The translations under genes were made by a program, and so were the position numbers. Positions 46,696-57,459 of a stretch of DNA of 64,000 nucleotides are shown piece by piece; within the stretch, counting starts at the first letter, position 1; the number at the start of each line of letters is the position of its first letter. The stretch lies in assembly GCA_965221165.1 (NCBI GenBank), contig CBDCRP010000002.1, forward strand, positions 416,001 to 480,000, written 5' to 3'. The stretch is from a bacterium. GTDB lineage: Bacteria > UBA8248. The notes beneath the pieces were generated by a model. It was not told the origin of the DNA, made no database searches, and saw only the letters and a list, made by a program, of their open reading frames with translations.

Positions 46696-48102
46696 TTATT
46701 CTCCCATCTCTCTGGGGTCCGCGATGCAGCCCGCAATCGCCGAGGAGACGACGACGACCGGACTGCCCAGGTGAGTTCTTCCGCGCGGGCTGCCCTGACG
46801 TCCGATGAAATTGCGATTCGAGGTGGAAATGCTTCTCTCCGCCCCCACGAGTTGATCCGGGTTCATGCCCAGACACATCGAGCAGCCTGCTTCGCGCCAC
46901 TCCGCGCCCGCTTCGGTGAAAATCTCGTGCAATCCTTCTTCTTCGGCCTGCTGCTTCACCTGCTGCGAGCCGGGCACTACCAGCATCCTGACGCTCGGGT
47001 GCACCTTGTTGCCCTTCAGCAGCCGCGCGCCCTCGCGCAAGTCGGAGATTCTCGAATTAGTGCAGGAACCCAGGAAGGCGACATCGACCTTCGTACCCAG
47101 AATCGACTCGCCCGGCTTGAGGTCCATGAATTCATAGCCGTGTTCCGCTGTCTTCCTGTCCTCGCCTGCGAAGCTGCCAACCTCGGGGAGCGGCTGTGAA
47201 ATTCCGACCGAATGCCCCGGATTGATGCCCCAGGTAACCATCGGTTCGATGGATTCGCCCGCAATCTCGTAGATATCGTCATATTCCGCGTCATCGCCCG
47301 AGGCGATATCCCGCCAGTACGCGAGGCCACTCTCCCAGGCTTCCCCTTCGGGGCTGAATTCGCGGCCCTCGAGATAATCGAAAGTCGTCTGGTCCGGATT
47401 CACATAACCGATGCGGGCGCCGCCCTCGATGCTCATGTTGCAGACCGTCATACGCCCTTCCATCGACATGTCGTCAAAAACGTCGCCACCGTATTCATAG
47501 GCGAAGCCAATGCCGCCCTTGATGCCCAGATCGTGAATGACCCGTAAAGTCACGTCCTTGGGTGTCACGCCGGGGCTGAGAGCGCCCGTAACCTCGATTC
47601 GCTTCACCTTTAAGCGGTTCAGCGCCAGGGTCTGCGTCGCCAGGACGTGGCCCACCTCGGTCGTGCCGATGCCGAAACCCAAAGAGCCCATCGCGCCGTG
47701 CGTACTCGTGTGACTATCGCCGCAGGCGATGGTCATTCCGGGCTGGCTGAGTCCCAACTCCGGCCCGATGACGTGGACGATGCCCTGCTTGCCGGAATCG
47801 AGATGCAAGAAGCGAACGCCGAACTCGTTCACGTTCTGCTCCAGGGCGGCCATCATCTTCTCGGCCTGCTCGTCCTCGTAGGGCCTTATCTGGCTGAGCG
47901 TAGGGATGATGTGATCCACCGTCCCCATCGTGCGGTCGGGGAAAGCGACGCCGGCGCCGATTTCCTTGAGCATCCCGAACGCCTGGGGCGTGGTGACCTC
48001 ATGGATGAGGTGCAGGCCGATGAAAATCTGGTCCTGGCCCGAATCGAGCTTGGCCACGGTGTGGGAATCCCAAACCTTATCGTACAGCGTGTTTTTCGAC
48101 AT
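46696..48102 (-). CDS. leuC: 3-isopropylmalate dehydratase large subunit
   Basis: [36 protein letters not shown] and STSNRNF motifs. Confidence 0.96.
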   Translation of the reverse strand: MSKNTLYDKVWDSHTVAKLDSGQDQIFIGLHLIHEVTTPQAFGMLKEIGAGVAFPDRTMGTVDHIIPTLSQIRPYEDEQAEKMMAALEQNVNEFGVRFLHLDSGKQGIVHVIGPELGLSQPGMTIACGDSHTSTHGAMGSLGFGIGTTEVGHVLATQTLALNRLKVKRIEVTGALSPGVTPKDVTLRVIHDLGIKGGIGFAYEYGGDVFDDMSMEGRMTVCNMSIEGGARIGYVNPDQTTFDYLEGREFSPEGEAWESGLAYWRDIASGDDAEYDDIYEIAGESIEPMVTWGINPGHSVGISQPLPEVGSFAGEDRKTAEHGYEFMDLKPGESILGTKVDVAFLGSCTNSRISDLREGARLLKGNKVHPSVRMLVVPGSQQVKQQAEEEGLHEIFTEAGAEWREAGCSMCLGMNPDQLVGAERSISTSNRNFIGRQGSPRGRTHLGSPVVVVSSAIAGCIADPREMGE

Positions 48103-48157
48103 GGCATTACCCTCGAAATGATCTACAGATTCTTACGCGTCATGTTGAAATTGAATG

Positions 48158-48976
48158 TCAAGAAACCGTTTTTGAGCGATCGAGACCTTCCCGCAAAGAG
48201 GCGATGTAATCGCGCGCCGCCCGCATCTTGTGCTCACGCGACGCTTCCGCCTCCATGACGTCTATCAGGGCGCTGCCCACGATGACGCCATCGGCGTGTC
48301 CGGCCACCTCCTCGGCCTGCTTGGGCGTCTTGATGCCGAACCCCACGAGGACGGGCCGATTCTTCACCCGGTTGATCTTCGTCAGGGTGACGCCCAAATC
48401 CGAATCCAGGGCGTCTCGCGCACCGGTGACACCCATCTGCCCGACGTAGTAGATGAAGCCTCCGCCCACGTCGTTCACCAACTCGATGCGCTCCTGCGTG
48501 CTCGTGGGCGCGAGCATGAAGACGGGCTCGAGCGGATAATCGTTCATGATCTCGACAAGGGTGCCCGCTTCTTCGGGCGGCAGGTCGGGCACGATGACGG
48601 CGTCGGCCCCCACCTGCGATGCGCCGCGCACGAATTCCGCCAGGCCCATGGCGATAATGGGGTTGTAATACGTCATCAGCACCAGAGGCGTATCTGGTAT
48701 ATCCGCGCGAACCTCCCCCACCATCTCCAGGACGCCGCTTAGGCGCGTTCCGCCCGCGAGCGAGCGCATGCTCGAGCGCTGGATGGTGGGGCCGTCCGCA
48801 AGGGGATCGCTGAAAGGAACCCCTATCTCGAAGCCGTCCGCTCCCGCCTCGGTCATGAGGGGCAGCAGATCCATGGTGAATTCCAGGTCCGGATCGCCCG
48901 CGGTGACGAACGGGAACAGACCGGCCCGGCCCTCCGTGCGCAAACGGGTGAAACATGTTTCCAGTCTATCGCCCAT
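48158..48976 (-). CDS. trpA: Tryptophan synthase alpha chain
   Basis: EIGVPFSDPLADGPTIQ, GVTGAR and VGFGI..ADGVIVGSA motifs. Confidence 0.96.
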   Translation of the reverse strand: MGDRLETCFTRLRTEGRAGLFPFVTAGDPDLEFTMDLLPLMTEAGADGFEIGVPFSDPLADGPTIQRSSMRSLAGGTRLSGVLEMVGEVRADIPDTPLVLMTYYNPIIAMGLAEFVRGASQVGADAVIVPDLPPEEAGTLVEIMNDYPLEPVFMLAPTSTQERIELVNDVGGGFIYYVGQMGVTGARDALDSDLGVTLTKINRVKNRPVLVGFGIKTPKQAEEVAGHADGVIVGSALIDVMEAEASREHKMRAARDYIASLREGLDRSKTVS

Positions 48977-50193
48977 TATCGCACGTCCTCGTCATCGAGC
49001 ATTTCCGTCAAAAGCCCCTCCGCCTGATGCACGTCCTTGTCTCCCCGGCCGGAGAGGCAAAGCACTACGGTCTTCATCTCGCCCGCCTCTCTCGTCTCCT
49101 CGGCCAGGCGATCCAGATAGGAAATCGCGTGGGCGCTCTCGAAAGCGGGGATAATGCCCTCGAGCACCGAGAGTTGCTGGAAGGCCTTGAGCGCGTCGTG
49201 GTCTTCGACCGTCACGTAGCGCGCGCGCGCGGAATCTTTGAAATACGAATGCTCCGGCCCCACACCCGGATAATCGAGACCCGCGGAAACCGAATGCGCC
49301 GGGATGATCTGACCATCATCGTCATAGAGCAGGAACGTCTCGCAGCCATGCAAAACGCCAACGCGGCCGGCGGTCAAGGACGCCCCGTGCTCCTCTGTAT
49401 CCAGACCCCGGCCTCCGGCTTCCACGCCGATGAGTTCGACGTCCGCATCATCCACGTAAGGATGGAACAAGCCGATGGAATTGCTGCCGCCGCCCACGCA
49501 GGCCACGCAAGCGTCGGGAAGCCGGCCCTCGGCCTCGAGAATCTGGGCGCGCGCCTCGCGCCCGATGACGGACTGGAAATCGCGTATCATCTCGGGGAAC
49601 GGATGCGGCCCCACCACCGAGCCGATGATGTAGTGGGTCGTTCGCACCGAAGCCGTCCAGTCGCGCAGCGTCTCGTTCGTGGCATCCTTCAAGGTCTTGC
49701 TGCCCGAGGTGACCGGAATCACCCGCGCGCCCAGAAGGCGCATGCGGAACACGTTGAGTGATTGCCTGCCGATGTCCTCCTCGCCCATGTAGACGTCGCA
49801 TTCAAGACCAAAGAGCGCCGCCGCCGTGGCGGTGGCCACCCCGTGCTGGCCCGCTCCCGTCTCCGCGATGATCCGCGTTTTTCCCAGCCTCCTGGCCAGA
49901 AGGACCTGGGCGAGCGTGTTGTTTATCTTATGGGCGCCCGTATGGCAGAGGTCTTCGCGCTTGAGATAGACCCTGAGAACGCCCAGATGATCGGAGAGGC
50001 GCTCCGCCAGATAGAGCGGCGTGGGCCTGCCCACGAATTCCCTCAGATATCCGGCGAGTTCTTCGTGATACGCCGGGTCGTCCCGGGCCTCCTGATACGC
50101 ATCTTCCAGTTCCTCGAGGGCGGGCATAAGGGTTTCCGGGACGTAGCGCCCCCCGAACCGACCGAATCTACCCCTGGAGACCAATTCGTTCAT
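48976..50193 (-). CDS. trpB: Tryptophan synthase beta chain
   Basis: [25 protein letters not shown] and [13 protein letters not shown] motifs. Confidence 0.97.
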   Translation of the reverse strand: MNELVSRGRFGRFGGRYVPETLMPALEELEDAYQEARDDPAYHEELAGYLREFVGRPTPLYLAERLSDHLGVLRVYLKREDLCHTGAHKINNTLAQVLLARRLGKTRIIAETGAGQHGVATATAAALFGLECDVYMGEEDIGRQSLNVFRMRLLGARVIPVTSGSKTLKDATNETLRDWTASVRTTHYIIGSVVGPHPFPEMIRDFQSVIGREARAQILEAEGRLPDACVACVGGGSNSIGLFHPYVDDADVELIGVEAGGRGLDTEEHGASLTAGRVGVLHGCETFLLYDDDGQIIPAHSVSAGLDYPGVGPEHSYFKDSARARYVTVEDHDALKAFQQLSVLEGIIPAFESAHAISYLDRLAEETREAGEMKTVVLCLSGRGDKDVHQAEGLLTEMLDDEDVR

Positions 50194-50840
50194 TTTCTCA
50201 TTTCCTCAAGTTCGGATATCGCCGCGCGCGCGTTTTGCACGAAACCCAGGACCCGCTCGGAGTCTTTGCGGCCCAAAACCGCGCCCTCCACCCCGCTGCT
50301 CGAATCCACGCCATAGGGCTGAACGCTCCTCACGGCTTCCCCCACGTTCTCGGGCTTAAGACCACCCGAGAGAATGATCGGCCTCGCATCGGACGCCTGC
50401 CGGGCCAGTTCCCAGTCGAAGGTCTCGCCCGTGCCCCCGAGCGCGCCCTTCACGTAGGCGTCCAGCAAAATGGCGCAATCGGGGAAGGCGTCTATTTGCG
50501 CTATCGTTCCGGGCCCTTTCACCCGCAAGGCCCGAATCACGCGCAAGCCCCGCTCGATGAGCCGGTGGCAATCCTCGGGCGTCTCATCGCCATGAAGCTG
50601 GGCCGCGTCCAAACCGACGCGACCGGCAATTTCCATGACGCGTTCGGGGGTCTCGTTCACGAAAACGCCCACCCGCGTCCCGAAAGGCGGCAGCGTCTCG
50701 GCTATCTCCCTCGCCTGCTCCACCTCCAGACATCGGGGAGTGCCCGGAACGAAATTCAGCCCCAGCGCGTCGGCGCCCGCATCCAAAGCGAATTCCGCGT
50801 CATCTACTGTCGTCACTCCACAAATCTTCACGCGGATCAT
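50190..50840 (-). CDS. trpF: Phosphoribosylanthranilate isomerase
   Basis: [20 protein letters not shown] and GVDSSSGVE motifs. Confidence 0.95.
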   Translation of the reverse strand: MIRVKICGVTTVDDAEFALDAGADALGLNFVPGTPRCLEVEQAREIAETLPPFGTRVGVFVNETPERVMEIAGRVGLDAAQLHGDETPEDCHRLIERGLRVIRALRVKGPGTIAQIDAFPDCAILLDAYVKGALGGTGETFDWELARQASDARPIILSGGLKPENVGEAVRSVQPYGVDSSSGVEGAVLGRKDSERVLGFVQNARAAISELEEMRK

Positions 50841-51020
50841 GTTGCGAAATCCTCCCGAGCAGAGCAAGCATTTATAGCACAGAGTCGGAGCGCAAGCCTA
50901 GCGCAAAGGGTGCGATATGAGCGATAGGGGCAACAAGGCGAGAAGATTGTATCGGGCAAAGAGCGCGGGGCTAATGAGGCGTGAGGATGCAACCTCTACA
51001 GGAGGGGAAGAGGCGGACCG

Positions 51021-51734
51021 TTAGCCGCCACCGAGATACATCATCTTGACATCCTGGTTGTTCAGGAGTTCGTGGCCGCCGCCCTGATAGCGGTTCCTGC
51101 CGAGTTCGAGCACATAGCCGCGGTCTGAAATCTCCAGGGCGCGAGCGGCATTCTGCTCGACGAGCATGATGGTCAGCCCCTCCTTGGCGAGACCCACGAT
51201 TTTCTCGAACACTTCGGTCACGAAGCGGGGACTCAAGCCCAAGGACGGCTCATCGAGCATAATCATCTTGGGTCTCGTCATCAGGGCGCGGCCCATGGCC
51301 AGCATCTGCTGCTCACCGCCGCTCATGGTGCCCCCCAACTGTTTCTGCCGCTCGCCGAGGCGCGGGAAGAGCGAGAAGACGTAGTCCATCGATTCGTCGA
51401 TTTTCTTCTGATCGCGCTCGATATAGGCGCCCATCTCCAGGTTTTCCCTGACCGTCATCTGGTTGAAGACGATGCGCCCCTGGGGCACATAGCCCAGCCC
51501 CCGGCCCAGAATCTGATCCGGACGATAGCCCACGATGTTCTGATCCTCAAACTGGATCTCACCGCCCAGATAATTGATGAAGCCCATGATAATTTTGAAA
51601 GTAGTGGATTTGCCCGCGCCGTTCGGCCCGATGACGGCCACCACCTCTTTTTCGTTCACGTGGAGCGACACGTCGTGGAGTATCTGGATTCGGCCATACG
51701 CCGCGTTAACGTCCTTGAGATCCAATAGCGCCAT
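51021..51734 (-). CDS. livF: Branched-chain amino acid-type ABC ATPase (LivF family)
   Basis: GPNGAGKST, MSGGEQQMLA, LDEPSLGLSP and VEQN motifs. Confidence 0.88.
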   Translation of the reverse strand: MALLDLKDVNAAYGRIQILHDVSLHVNEKEVVAVIGPNGAGKSTTFKIIMGFINYLGGEIQFEDQNIVGYRPDQILGRGLGYVPQGRIVFNQMTVRENLEMGAYIERDQKKIDESMDYVFSLFPRLGERQKQLGGTMSGGEQQMLAMGRALMTRPKMIMLDEPSLGLSPRFVTEVFEKIVGLAKEGLTIMLVEQNAARALEISDRGYVLELGRNRYQGGGHELLNNQDVKMMYLGGG

Positions 51735-52460
51735 TTATCTGTGTCCAAAATATGCTTCGATAACGTCTTCGTTCGCCTGAATAGACTCGGGCAGGCCTTC
51801 GGCGATTTTCACGCCGTAGTCCAGGACGAACACCTTTTCGCAGTGATTCATGATGACGTTCATGTCGTGCTCGACAATGAGAATCGTCTTTCCCTGGTCT
51901 TCCTGAAGATGGTGAATATGGTCGAGCAGGTTGTTGAGCAGGGTTCTGTTGACGCCGGCCGCGGGCTCATCGAGGAGGATGAGATCCGGGTCCGTCATCA
52001 AGGCGCGCGCGAATTCGAGAAGTTTTTGCTGCCCATAGGAGAGGTTTCCGCCATACTCGCCGCGCAGTTTCGTGAGCGTGACGAACTCCATGAGTTCTGC
52101 CGCCCGCGCGCGCGCCTCCTTCAAGGGCATCTTCATGCTGGAGGCGGAGAGCATATTCTCGAACACCGTCATTTCGCGGTAGATGCGGGTAATCTGGAAG
52201 GTGCGGCTGATGCCCCTGTTGAAGACTTCATAGGGCCTCAAGCCGACGATATTCTCTCCGTTATAAAACACCTCGCCGCTGTCCGCTGCGAGAACGCCCG
52301 TGAGCAGGTTGAACGTAGTGGTCTTGCCTGAGCCGTTCGGTCCGATCAGGCCCGATATCTTCCCCCTGGGCACCTCGAAAGTGCACCCATCCACCGCCTT
52401 GATGCCGCCAAAGTGTTTTTTCAGGTCTCGAATATCGAGAGCAATTTCCGCTTCAGCCAT
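51735..52460 (-). CDS. livG: Branched-chain amino acid-type ABC ATPase (LivG family)
   Basis: GPNGSGKTT, RTFQ, LSYGQQK, VEHDM and VIEAYFG motifs. Confidence 0.88.
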   Translation of the reverse strand: MAEAEIALDIRDLKKHFGGIKAVDGCTFEVPRGKISGLIGPNGSGKTTTFNLLTGVLAADSGEVFYNGENIVGLRPYEVFNRGISRTFQITRIYREMTVFENMLSASSMKMPLKEARARAAELMEFVTLTKLRGEYGGNLSYGQQKLLEFARALMTDPDLILLDEPAAGVNRTLLNNLLDHIHHLQEDQGKTILIVEHDMNVIMNHCEKVFVLDYGVKIAEGLPESIQANEDVIEAYFGHR

Positions 52461-52481
52461 TTTTCCGCACTGCTCCGTCTC

Positions 52482-53420
52482 TTAGTGAACCATTCCCTTG
52501 CGCGCCCAGCCCTTATTGATGGCGTATCCCATCAGCCCGCGCGGCATGAACCGGGCCACGAGGATGATGAAGACGCCGAAGGCGATGAGGTGGGCCGTGG
52601 GGAACTCCACCCAAGTAATTTCCTGAACGATATACAAGATGAACGTGCCCAGGATGGGGCCAATCACCGTTCCCTTGCCGCCGAACATGGCGAAGAGCTT
52701 CATGAAGATGGTGATGAGGATGAAGAATTCGGTTTCGGGGTCGATATAGAGAATCTTGTACGCCTGAATGCCGCCGGCCGCCGCCGGGAAGATGGCGGAG
52801 AGCCCGAAGGCGGCGAGCTTGTAGAACGTGGTGTTGATACCCAGGCTCTCCGCAGCGATTTCGTCCTCGCGTATGGCGTTCAGGCGGATGCCGAACCTCG
52901 AGTGCCCTACCCAGTAGGACACGATGATGGTGACCAGCATGACCACCAGCATGGCGAAATACGTTTCAAACGAGTTCTCTATGTTGGGCAGCCCGATTCC
53001 CAGACCGCCGTGGGTAAGGCTCTCCCACACCGTGGCCACCACGCGCGTACCCTCCGCGGCGCCGAGCATGGCGATGGCGAAATATGGGCCTTTGAGGCGC
53101 AAAACCGGAAAACCGATACACAGGGAGACCACGAAGGAGACGAACACACCCACGAAAAGGGTCGGCACCCAATGCCAGCCGTAGTCCACCACCAGAATAC
53201 CCGTGGCGTATGCGCCGATGCCGTAGAACATCACATGGCCGAACGACACGTAGCCCGTATAGCCGCTGATGATGTTCCAACTCAGGGAGAGAACGACGTA
53301 CATCATCGTGAACATGATAACGGAGCGCTGATACAGATTGATCTGCGAGGGCAACGCACACAGGATGATTATGAATATGGCCAGCATTCCAAAGTTGCGC
53401 AGGTGCTCTTTTTGGGCCAT
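52482..53420 (-). CDS. livM: Branched-chain amino acid-type ABC permease (LivM family)
   Basis: SWNIISGYTGYVSFGH, LRLKGPYFAI and AIREDEIAA motifs. Confidence 0.88.
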   Translation of the reverse strand: MAQKEHLRNFGMLAIFIIILCALPSQINLYQRSVIMFTMMYVVLSLSWNIISGYTGYVSFGHVMFYGIGAYATGILVVDYGWHWVPTLFVGVFVSFVVSLCIGFPVLRLKGPYFAIAMLGAAEGTRVVATVWESLTHGGLGIGLPNIENSFETYFAMLVVMLVTIIVSYWVGHSRFGIRLNAIREDEIAAESLGINTTFYKLAAFGLSAIFPAAAGGIQAYKILYIDPETEFFILITIFMKLFAMFGGKGTVIGPILGTFILYIVQEITWVEFPTAHLIAFGVFIILVARFMPRGLMGYAINKGWARKGMVH

Positions 53421-53431
53421 TCAGATCTCTC

Positions 53432-54421
53432 CTAGTTTTCTTTCGGCCCCATCAGGCCGCGAGGCCTGATAAGCAGCACGAATACCATCATTCCGTAGGA
53501 CGCAATTTCCACCATGGCGGTGCCGTTGGGAATCATGAAGGAGATGAGGCTCTCGATTACCGCCAGCATCACTCCTCCGATGAGCGCACCGATGTAGTGG
53601 CCCCTGCCTCCGAGCACGATAATGGCGAAGGCTTGCAGCGTATACAAAACACCCGTTTCCGGGTTGAAGCCGAATTGAATCGACACCAGGGCGCCGCCCG
53701 CCACCGCAAGCGCCGCGGCGAGACCCGACGTGATCATGTAGATATGAAAAATGTTGATGCCGCAGACCATCGCGACGTCCGCGTTTTGCGCCGTAGCGCG
53801 TATGGCCTTGCCGATGCGGTGTATTTTCAGGAAAAAGAACACGCTGAAGGATATGAAAGCGGCCATCACGAAGCTGATGATCTTGCTCCTGCCCACTGCG
53901 ATGGACTCGGTGATCTGCAAAGCGTCGGGAGCGTAGGGAATAGTTCTATAATCCGTGGTGAAAATGGCTTCCACGATGTAAATGATCGTGAGGCCCATGC
54001 CGAATGTTATCAGCAAGGGCGTCAGTTCCGGCCCGCCCACCACGGCGTTCAAGAGCAGCTTTTGAATCAGGACGCCGATGACGAAGGCGATGGGGAGCGT
54101 GAGGAACAAGGCGAGGAGCGGGTCGATTCCCACGTAGAAGAAGAACATCCACGTCAGGTAGGCGCCCAGCATCACCAGTTCGCCATGCGCCACGTTGATG
54201 ATGCGCATGACGCCGAAGATGAGCGTGAGCCCCACGGCGAACATGGCGTATACGCCACCCTGCATGATGCCGTTCAGGATGACGGTGGTCAGATCCGCCA
54301 GCCACTGAAGATCGAAGAAGACGTGGTCCGTATAAATACCAATGCCGAACGGGATGGTGTACGCCGCAACCAAAAACAACGCCAGCCAGTATTTACTACG
54401 GATTTCAGCTTTTTCCTGCAT
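53432..54421 (-). CDS. livH: Branched-chain amino acid-type ABC permease (LivH family)
   Basis: GLTLIFGVMRIINVAHG, GKAIRATAQN and RPRGLMG motifs. Confidence 0.88.
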   Translation of the reverse strand: MQEKAEIRSKYWLALFLVAAYTIPFGIGIYTDHVFFDLQWLADLTTVILNGIMQGGVYAMFAVGLTLIFGVMRIINVAHGELVMLGAYLTWMFFFYVGIDPLLALFLTLPIAFVIGVLIQKLLLNAVVGGPELTPLLITFGMGLTIIYIVEAIFTTDYRTIPYAPDALQITESIAVGRSKIISFVMAAFISFSVFFFLKIHRIGKAIRATAQNADVAMVCGINIFHIYMITSGLAAALAVAGGALVSIQFGFNPETGVLYTLQAFAIIVLGGRGHYIGALIGGVMLAVIESLISFMIPNGTAMVEIASYGMMVFVLLIRPRGLMGPKEN

Positions 54422-54552
54422 GAGAAATCAAGTCCTCGGAATACGACACAAAAAACCAGATACTTTCGCCTTCGCGCCGGAGCCGCTTTTTTTAACAGCC
54501 CCGGCGCGAAAGTTCAAGTGGTTATGGCATTTTCGCCTTTCATGCAACCCGC

Positions 54553-55749
54553 CTAGTTCTTGCCTCTTTCCTTCCACTTCGGCATCGGCAGCTTGTAGGG
54601 GACTTCCGATATCTTCTTGGGCCAGACGATCTTGCGCTCGCCGTTCAATATCTGGAAGGTCAAGCCCTCGTGATTGTTCATGTTGGTGTCATCCACCTTC
54701 CAGGGACCGATGACGGTCGTGGTACTCATGGTGCGCAACGTCCTCCACACCTTGTCCCTATCCGCGGAGCCGGCTCGTTTCACCGCCTCGCCGAAAACCT
54801 GCATGGACGCATAAGACTGACCCGCGTGGTAGTTCGGCTTCACGCCGTAGCGCTTCACATACGCCGCGATGAATTCCTTCATGCCGGGCCGCTTGAGGAT
54901 GGCCGGCTTCGGCTCCCACTGGCTGAAGCCCAGAACGAATTCCGCCGTGTTGCCGAGCTGTTTGGCGAATTTCGGGAGACCGGGGCCGACGGTTCCGGCG
55001 AAAATCTTCAGGTTGATGTTGAGTTCCCTAAGCTGGCGAATCTGAGCCGCAGAGTCAGCGAAGTAGCTGTTCGAGATGAGCGCCTCCGCGCGGCGCGCCT
55101 TGATTTTCTGGAGCAGCGCGGTGAAATCTGTCTGCTTGCGCGGATAGTTCTCGTTCAACACTACTTCGAGGCCGAGCTTCTTCGCCCACTCCACGGCGCC
55201 TTCCGCCGACTGGCGCGGGAAGAGGCTGTCCTCGCCGACGATGGCGATTTTTTTCACGCCGATGTCCCTGGCGATATGGAGCGCGCCCTTCTGGTAGTCC
55301 TGGGCGACGGCGATGATGTCGAAGAGATACTTGCGGCCTTTTTTCCAGATGATGCCCGAGGCGGCGCCCGGCGCCATCGTGGGGTACTTGTACCTTTCCA
55401 GCACGTTGGCCACGGCGTCGGTGATGCCGCTGGAGTAGGGGCCCATGGTCAGGTTCACCTTGTCCTGCGTGATGAGCTTCTCGTAGAGCTTGATGCTGGT
55501 CTGCTTGTCCGATTTGTCGTCCATCATGATGAAATCGATTTTCTGGCCGTTCCACCCACCCTTGGCGTTCATCTGATCCACGTACAGATTGTAGGAGTTC
55601 ACCATACGTCCGGCGGGTTCGGCGTAGCGGCCCGTCTGCGAAATGGCGATCCCCAGGGTGACCTTGTCCGCCGCGACGCCTTTCTCCACGAAGGGAGCAG
55701 CCGTGAGGGCGATAACAAAGCCGAGTACCAAAACCAGGCTTTTCTTCAT
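54553..55749 (-). CDS. ABC substrate-binding protein (LivK/Peripla_BP_6 family), copy 1
   Basis: Signal peptide, SQTGRYA, DDKSD, GPYSS and C-terminal VWP motifs. Confidence 0.9.
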   Translation of the reverse strand: MKKSLVLVLGFVIALTAAPFVEKGVAADKVTLGIAISQTGRYAEPAGRMVNSYNLYVDQMNAKGGWNGQKIDFIMMDDKSDKQTSIKLYEKLITQDKVNLTMGPYSSGITDAVANVLERYKYPTMAPGAASGIIWKKGRKYLFDIIAVAQDYQKGALHIARDIGVKKIAIVGEDSLFPRQSAEGAVEWAKKLGLEVVLNENYPRKQTDFTALLQKIKARRAEALISNSYFADSAAQIRQLRELNINLKIFAGTVGPGLPKFAKQLGNTAEFVLGFSQWEPKPAILKRPGMKEFIAAYVKRYGVKPNYHAGQSYASMQVFGEAVKRAGSADRDKVWRTLRTMSTTTVIGPWKVDDTNMNNHEGLTFQILNGERKIVWPKKISEVPYKLPMPKWKERGKN

Positions 55750-55917
55750 TTCTTACACTCCTCTAATGGAAACAAAAAATCCTGCCTTACAACAGAAAAC
55801 AAAATGGATTACCCCTTGTAAATTAAGAGCAAAACGCTCTCAATCTGACAATCTCTTCGCGAGAATATCAACCTCCCGAAGTTCTGATTACGCAGTTAAC
55901 CCGTCAATAGGTGCGTT

Positions 55918-55945
55918 ATGATACGCATATTGATTGATATGTCAA
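55918..55945 (-). promoter_or_regulatory. Sigma70 promoter of the liv-type operon, overlapped by an inverted repeat
   Basis: TTGACA-16 nt-TATCAT on the minus strand. TCAATA..TGCGT..ACGCA.TATTGA spans 55904-55933. Confidence 0.6.
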
Positions 55946-56001
55946 AGGGTTATTTTGAAGAATTCGGGAGCGTCGCCCGAAAAGGATTCTGTCCTCAAGC
56001 G

Positions 56002-56040
56002 AAAATCCCGCCCCGCGCGAAGCCGGGCGCGGGGCGGGAG
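56002..56040 (-). terminator. Intrinsic terminator between the two binding-protein genes
   Basis: TCCCGCCCCGCGC-loop-GCGCGGGGCGGGA stem followed by TTTT on the minus strand. Confidence 0.8.
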
Positions 56041-56085
56041 TAAATCCGCTACAATTGGAAACCGTTATTTTTCCCCTCCGCCTTG

Positions 56086-57279
56086 CTAGTTCTTGGCCCT
56101 GTCCTTCCATTTGGGCATCGGCAGCTTGTAGGGGACTTCCGCGATCTTCTTCGGCCAGACGATCTTTCGCTGGCCGTCGAGAATCTGGAAGGTCAGGCCT
56201 TCATGATCGTTCAGATTGTTCTTGTCCACTTTCCATTTCCCCATGATGGTCTGGAACTGTGAGGTGCGCAGCGCATTCCAGACCTTCTCGCGATCAAAGG
56301 AGCCCGCCTTTTGAATCGCCTGGGTGGTAACCTGCATCGCCACCCATGCGATCCCGGCATGGTAGTTCGGCTTGACGCCGTGGCGCTTCACATACGAGTC
56401 GATGAAATGCTCCATGCCCGGGAATTTCAGAATCTCGGGGCGCGGCTCCCACTGGCTGAAGCCCAGAACGTATTCCGCCGTGTTGCCCAGTTGCTTGGCG
56501 AATCTAGGCAGACCCGGGCCGACGGTTCCGGCGAAAATCTTGAGGTTGATGTTGAGCTCACGAAGCTGGCGAATCTGCGCCACGGAATCCGCGAAGTAAC
56601 TGTTCGAGATGAGCGCTTCCGCGCGGCGCGCCTTGATTTTTTGCAACATCGCGGTGAAGTCGGTCTGTTTGCGCGGATAGTTCTCGTTCAACACCACTTC
56701 GATGCCCAGCTTCTTCGCCCACTCCACGGCGCCCTCGGCCGACTGACGCGGGAAGAGGCTGTCCTCGCCGACGATGGCGATTCTCTTCACCCCGATGTCT
56801 CTGGCGAGATAAACGGCGCCCCTTTGATAGTTCTGGGCGATGGCGTTCTGGTTGAAGATGTACTTTCTCCCCTTCTTCCAGATGATGCCCGAGGAAGCGC
56901 CGGGCGCCAGCGTGGGGTACTTGTACCTTTCCAGAATGTTGGCCACGGCGTCGGTGATGCCGCTGGAATAGGGGCCGAGCGTGAGGTCGACCTTGTCCTG
57001 CGTGATGAGCTTCTCGAAGAGCTTGATGCTGGTCTGCTTGTCCGATTTGTCGTCCAAGATGATTAGTTTCATCTTTTGGCCCAGCAGGCCGCCCTTGGCG
57101 TTTTGCTGATCGGCGAACATCTTGTAGGAGTTGACAAACCTGCCGGCAGGCTCCGCATAGCGGCCCGTCTGGGAGATGGCTCCGCCGAAGGTTTTCTCGC
57201 CCGCCGCCGGGGCCGGGTTGGTGAACACCGCCACCGTCAACGCAAAAACAATCGCAACGAAGATATGAGCCACTTTCAT
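56086..57279 (-). CDS. ABC substrate-binding protein (LivK/Peripla_BP_6 family), copy 2
   Basis: Close paralog of 54553-55749. Confidence 0.9.
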   Translation of the reverse strand: MKVAHIFVAIVFALTVAVFTNPAPAAGEKTFGGAISQTGRYAEPAGRFVNSYKMFADQQNAKGGLLGQKMKLIILDDKSDKQTSIKLFEKLITQDKVDLTLGPYSSGITDAVANILERYKYPTLAPGASSGIIWKKGRKYIFNQNAIAQNYQRGAVYLARDIGVKRIAIVGEDSLFPRQSAEGAVEWAKKLGIEVVLNENYPRKQTDFTAMLQKIKARRAEALISNSYFADSVAQIRQLRELNINLKIFAGTVGPGLPRFAKQLGNTAEYVLGFSQWEPRPEILKFPGMEHFIDSYVKRHGVKPNYHAGIAWVAMQVTTQAIQKAGSFDREKVWNALRTSQFQTIMGKWKVDKNNLNDHEGLTFQILDGQRKIVWPKKIAEVPYKLPMPKWKDRAKN

Positions 57280-57459
57280 TTTCTATCCTCCTTCCATGTG
57301 GGAAAAACATTGAATCTCACGGCGGAAAATCCGCCCTTTCTTGAAATGTTTCCAATGCAGGATGAAACCAGCGCCCGAGCGCGTCATTATCCAAAGACGC
57401 AGCGCCTTCGGCGCAATTTATTGGAGTATGGATAAATTCTAGCCGGAAGGGGAAAAATG

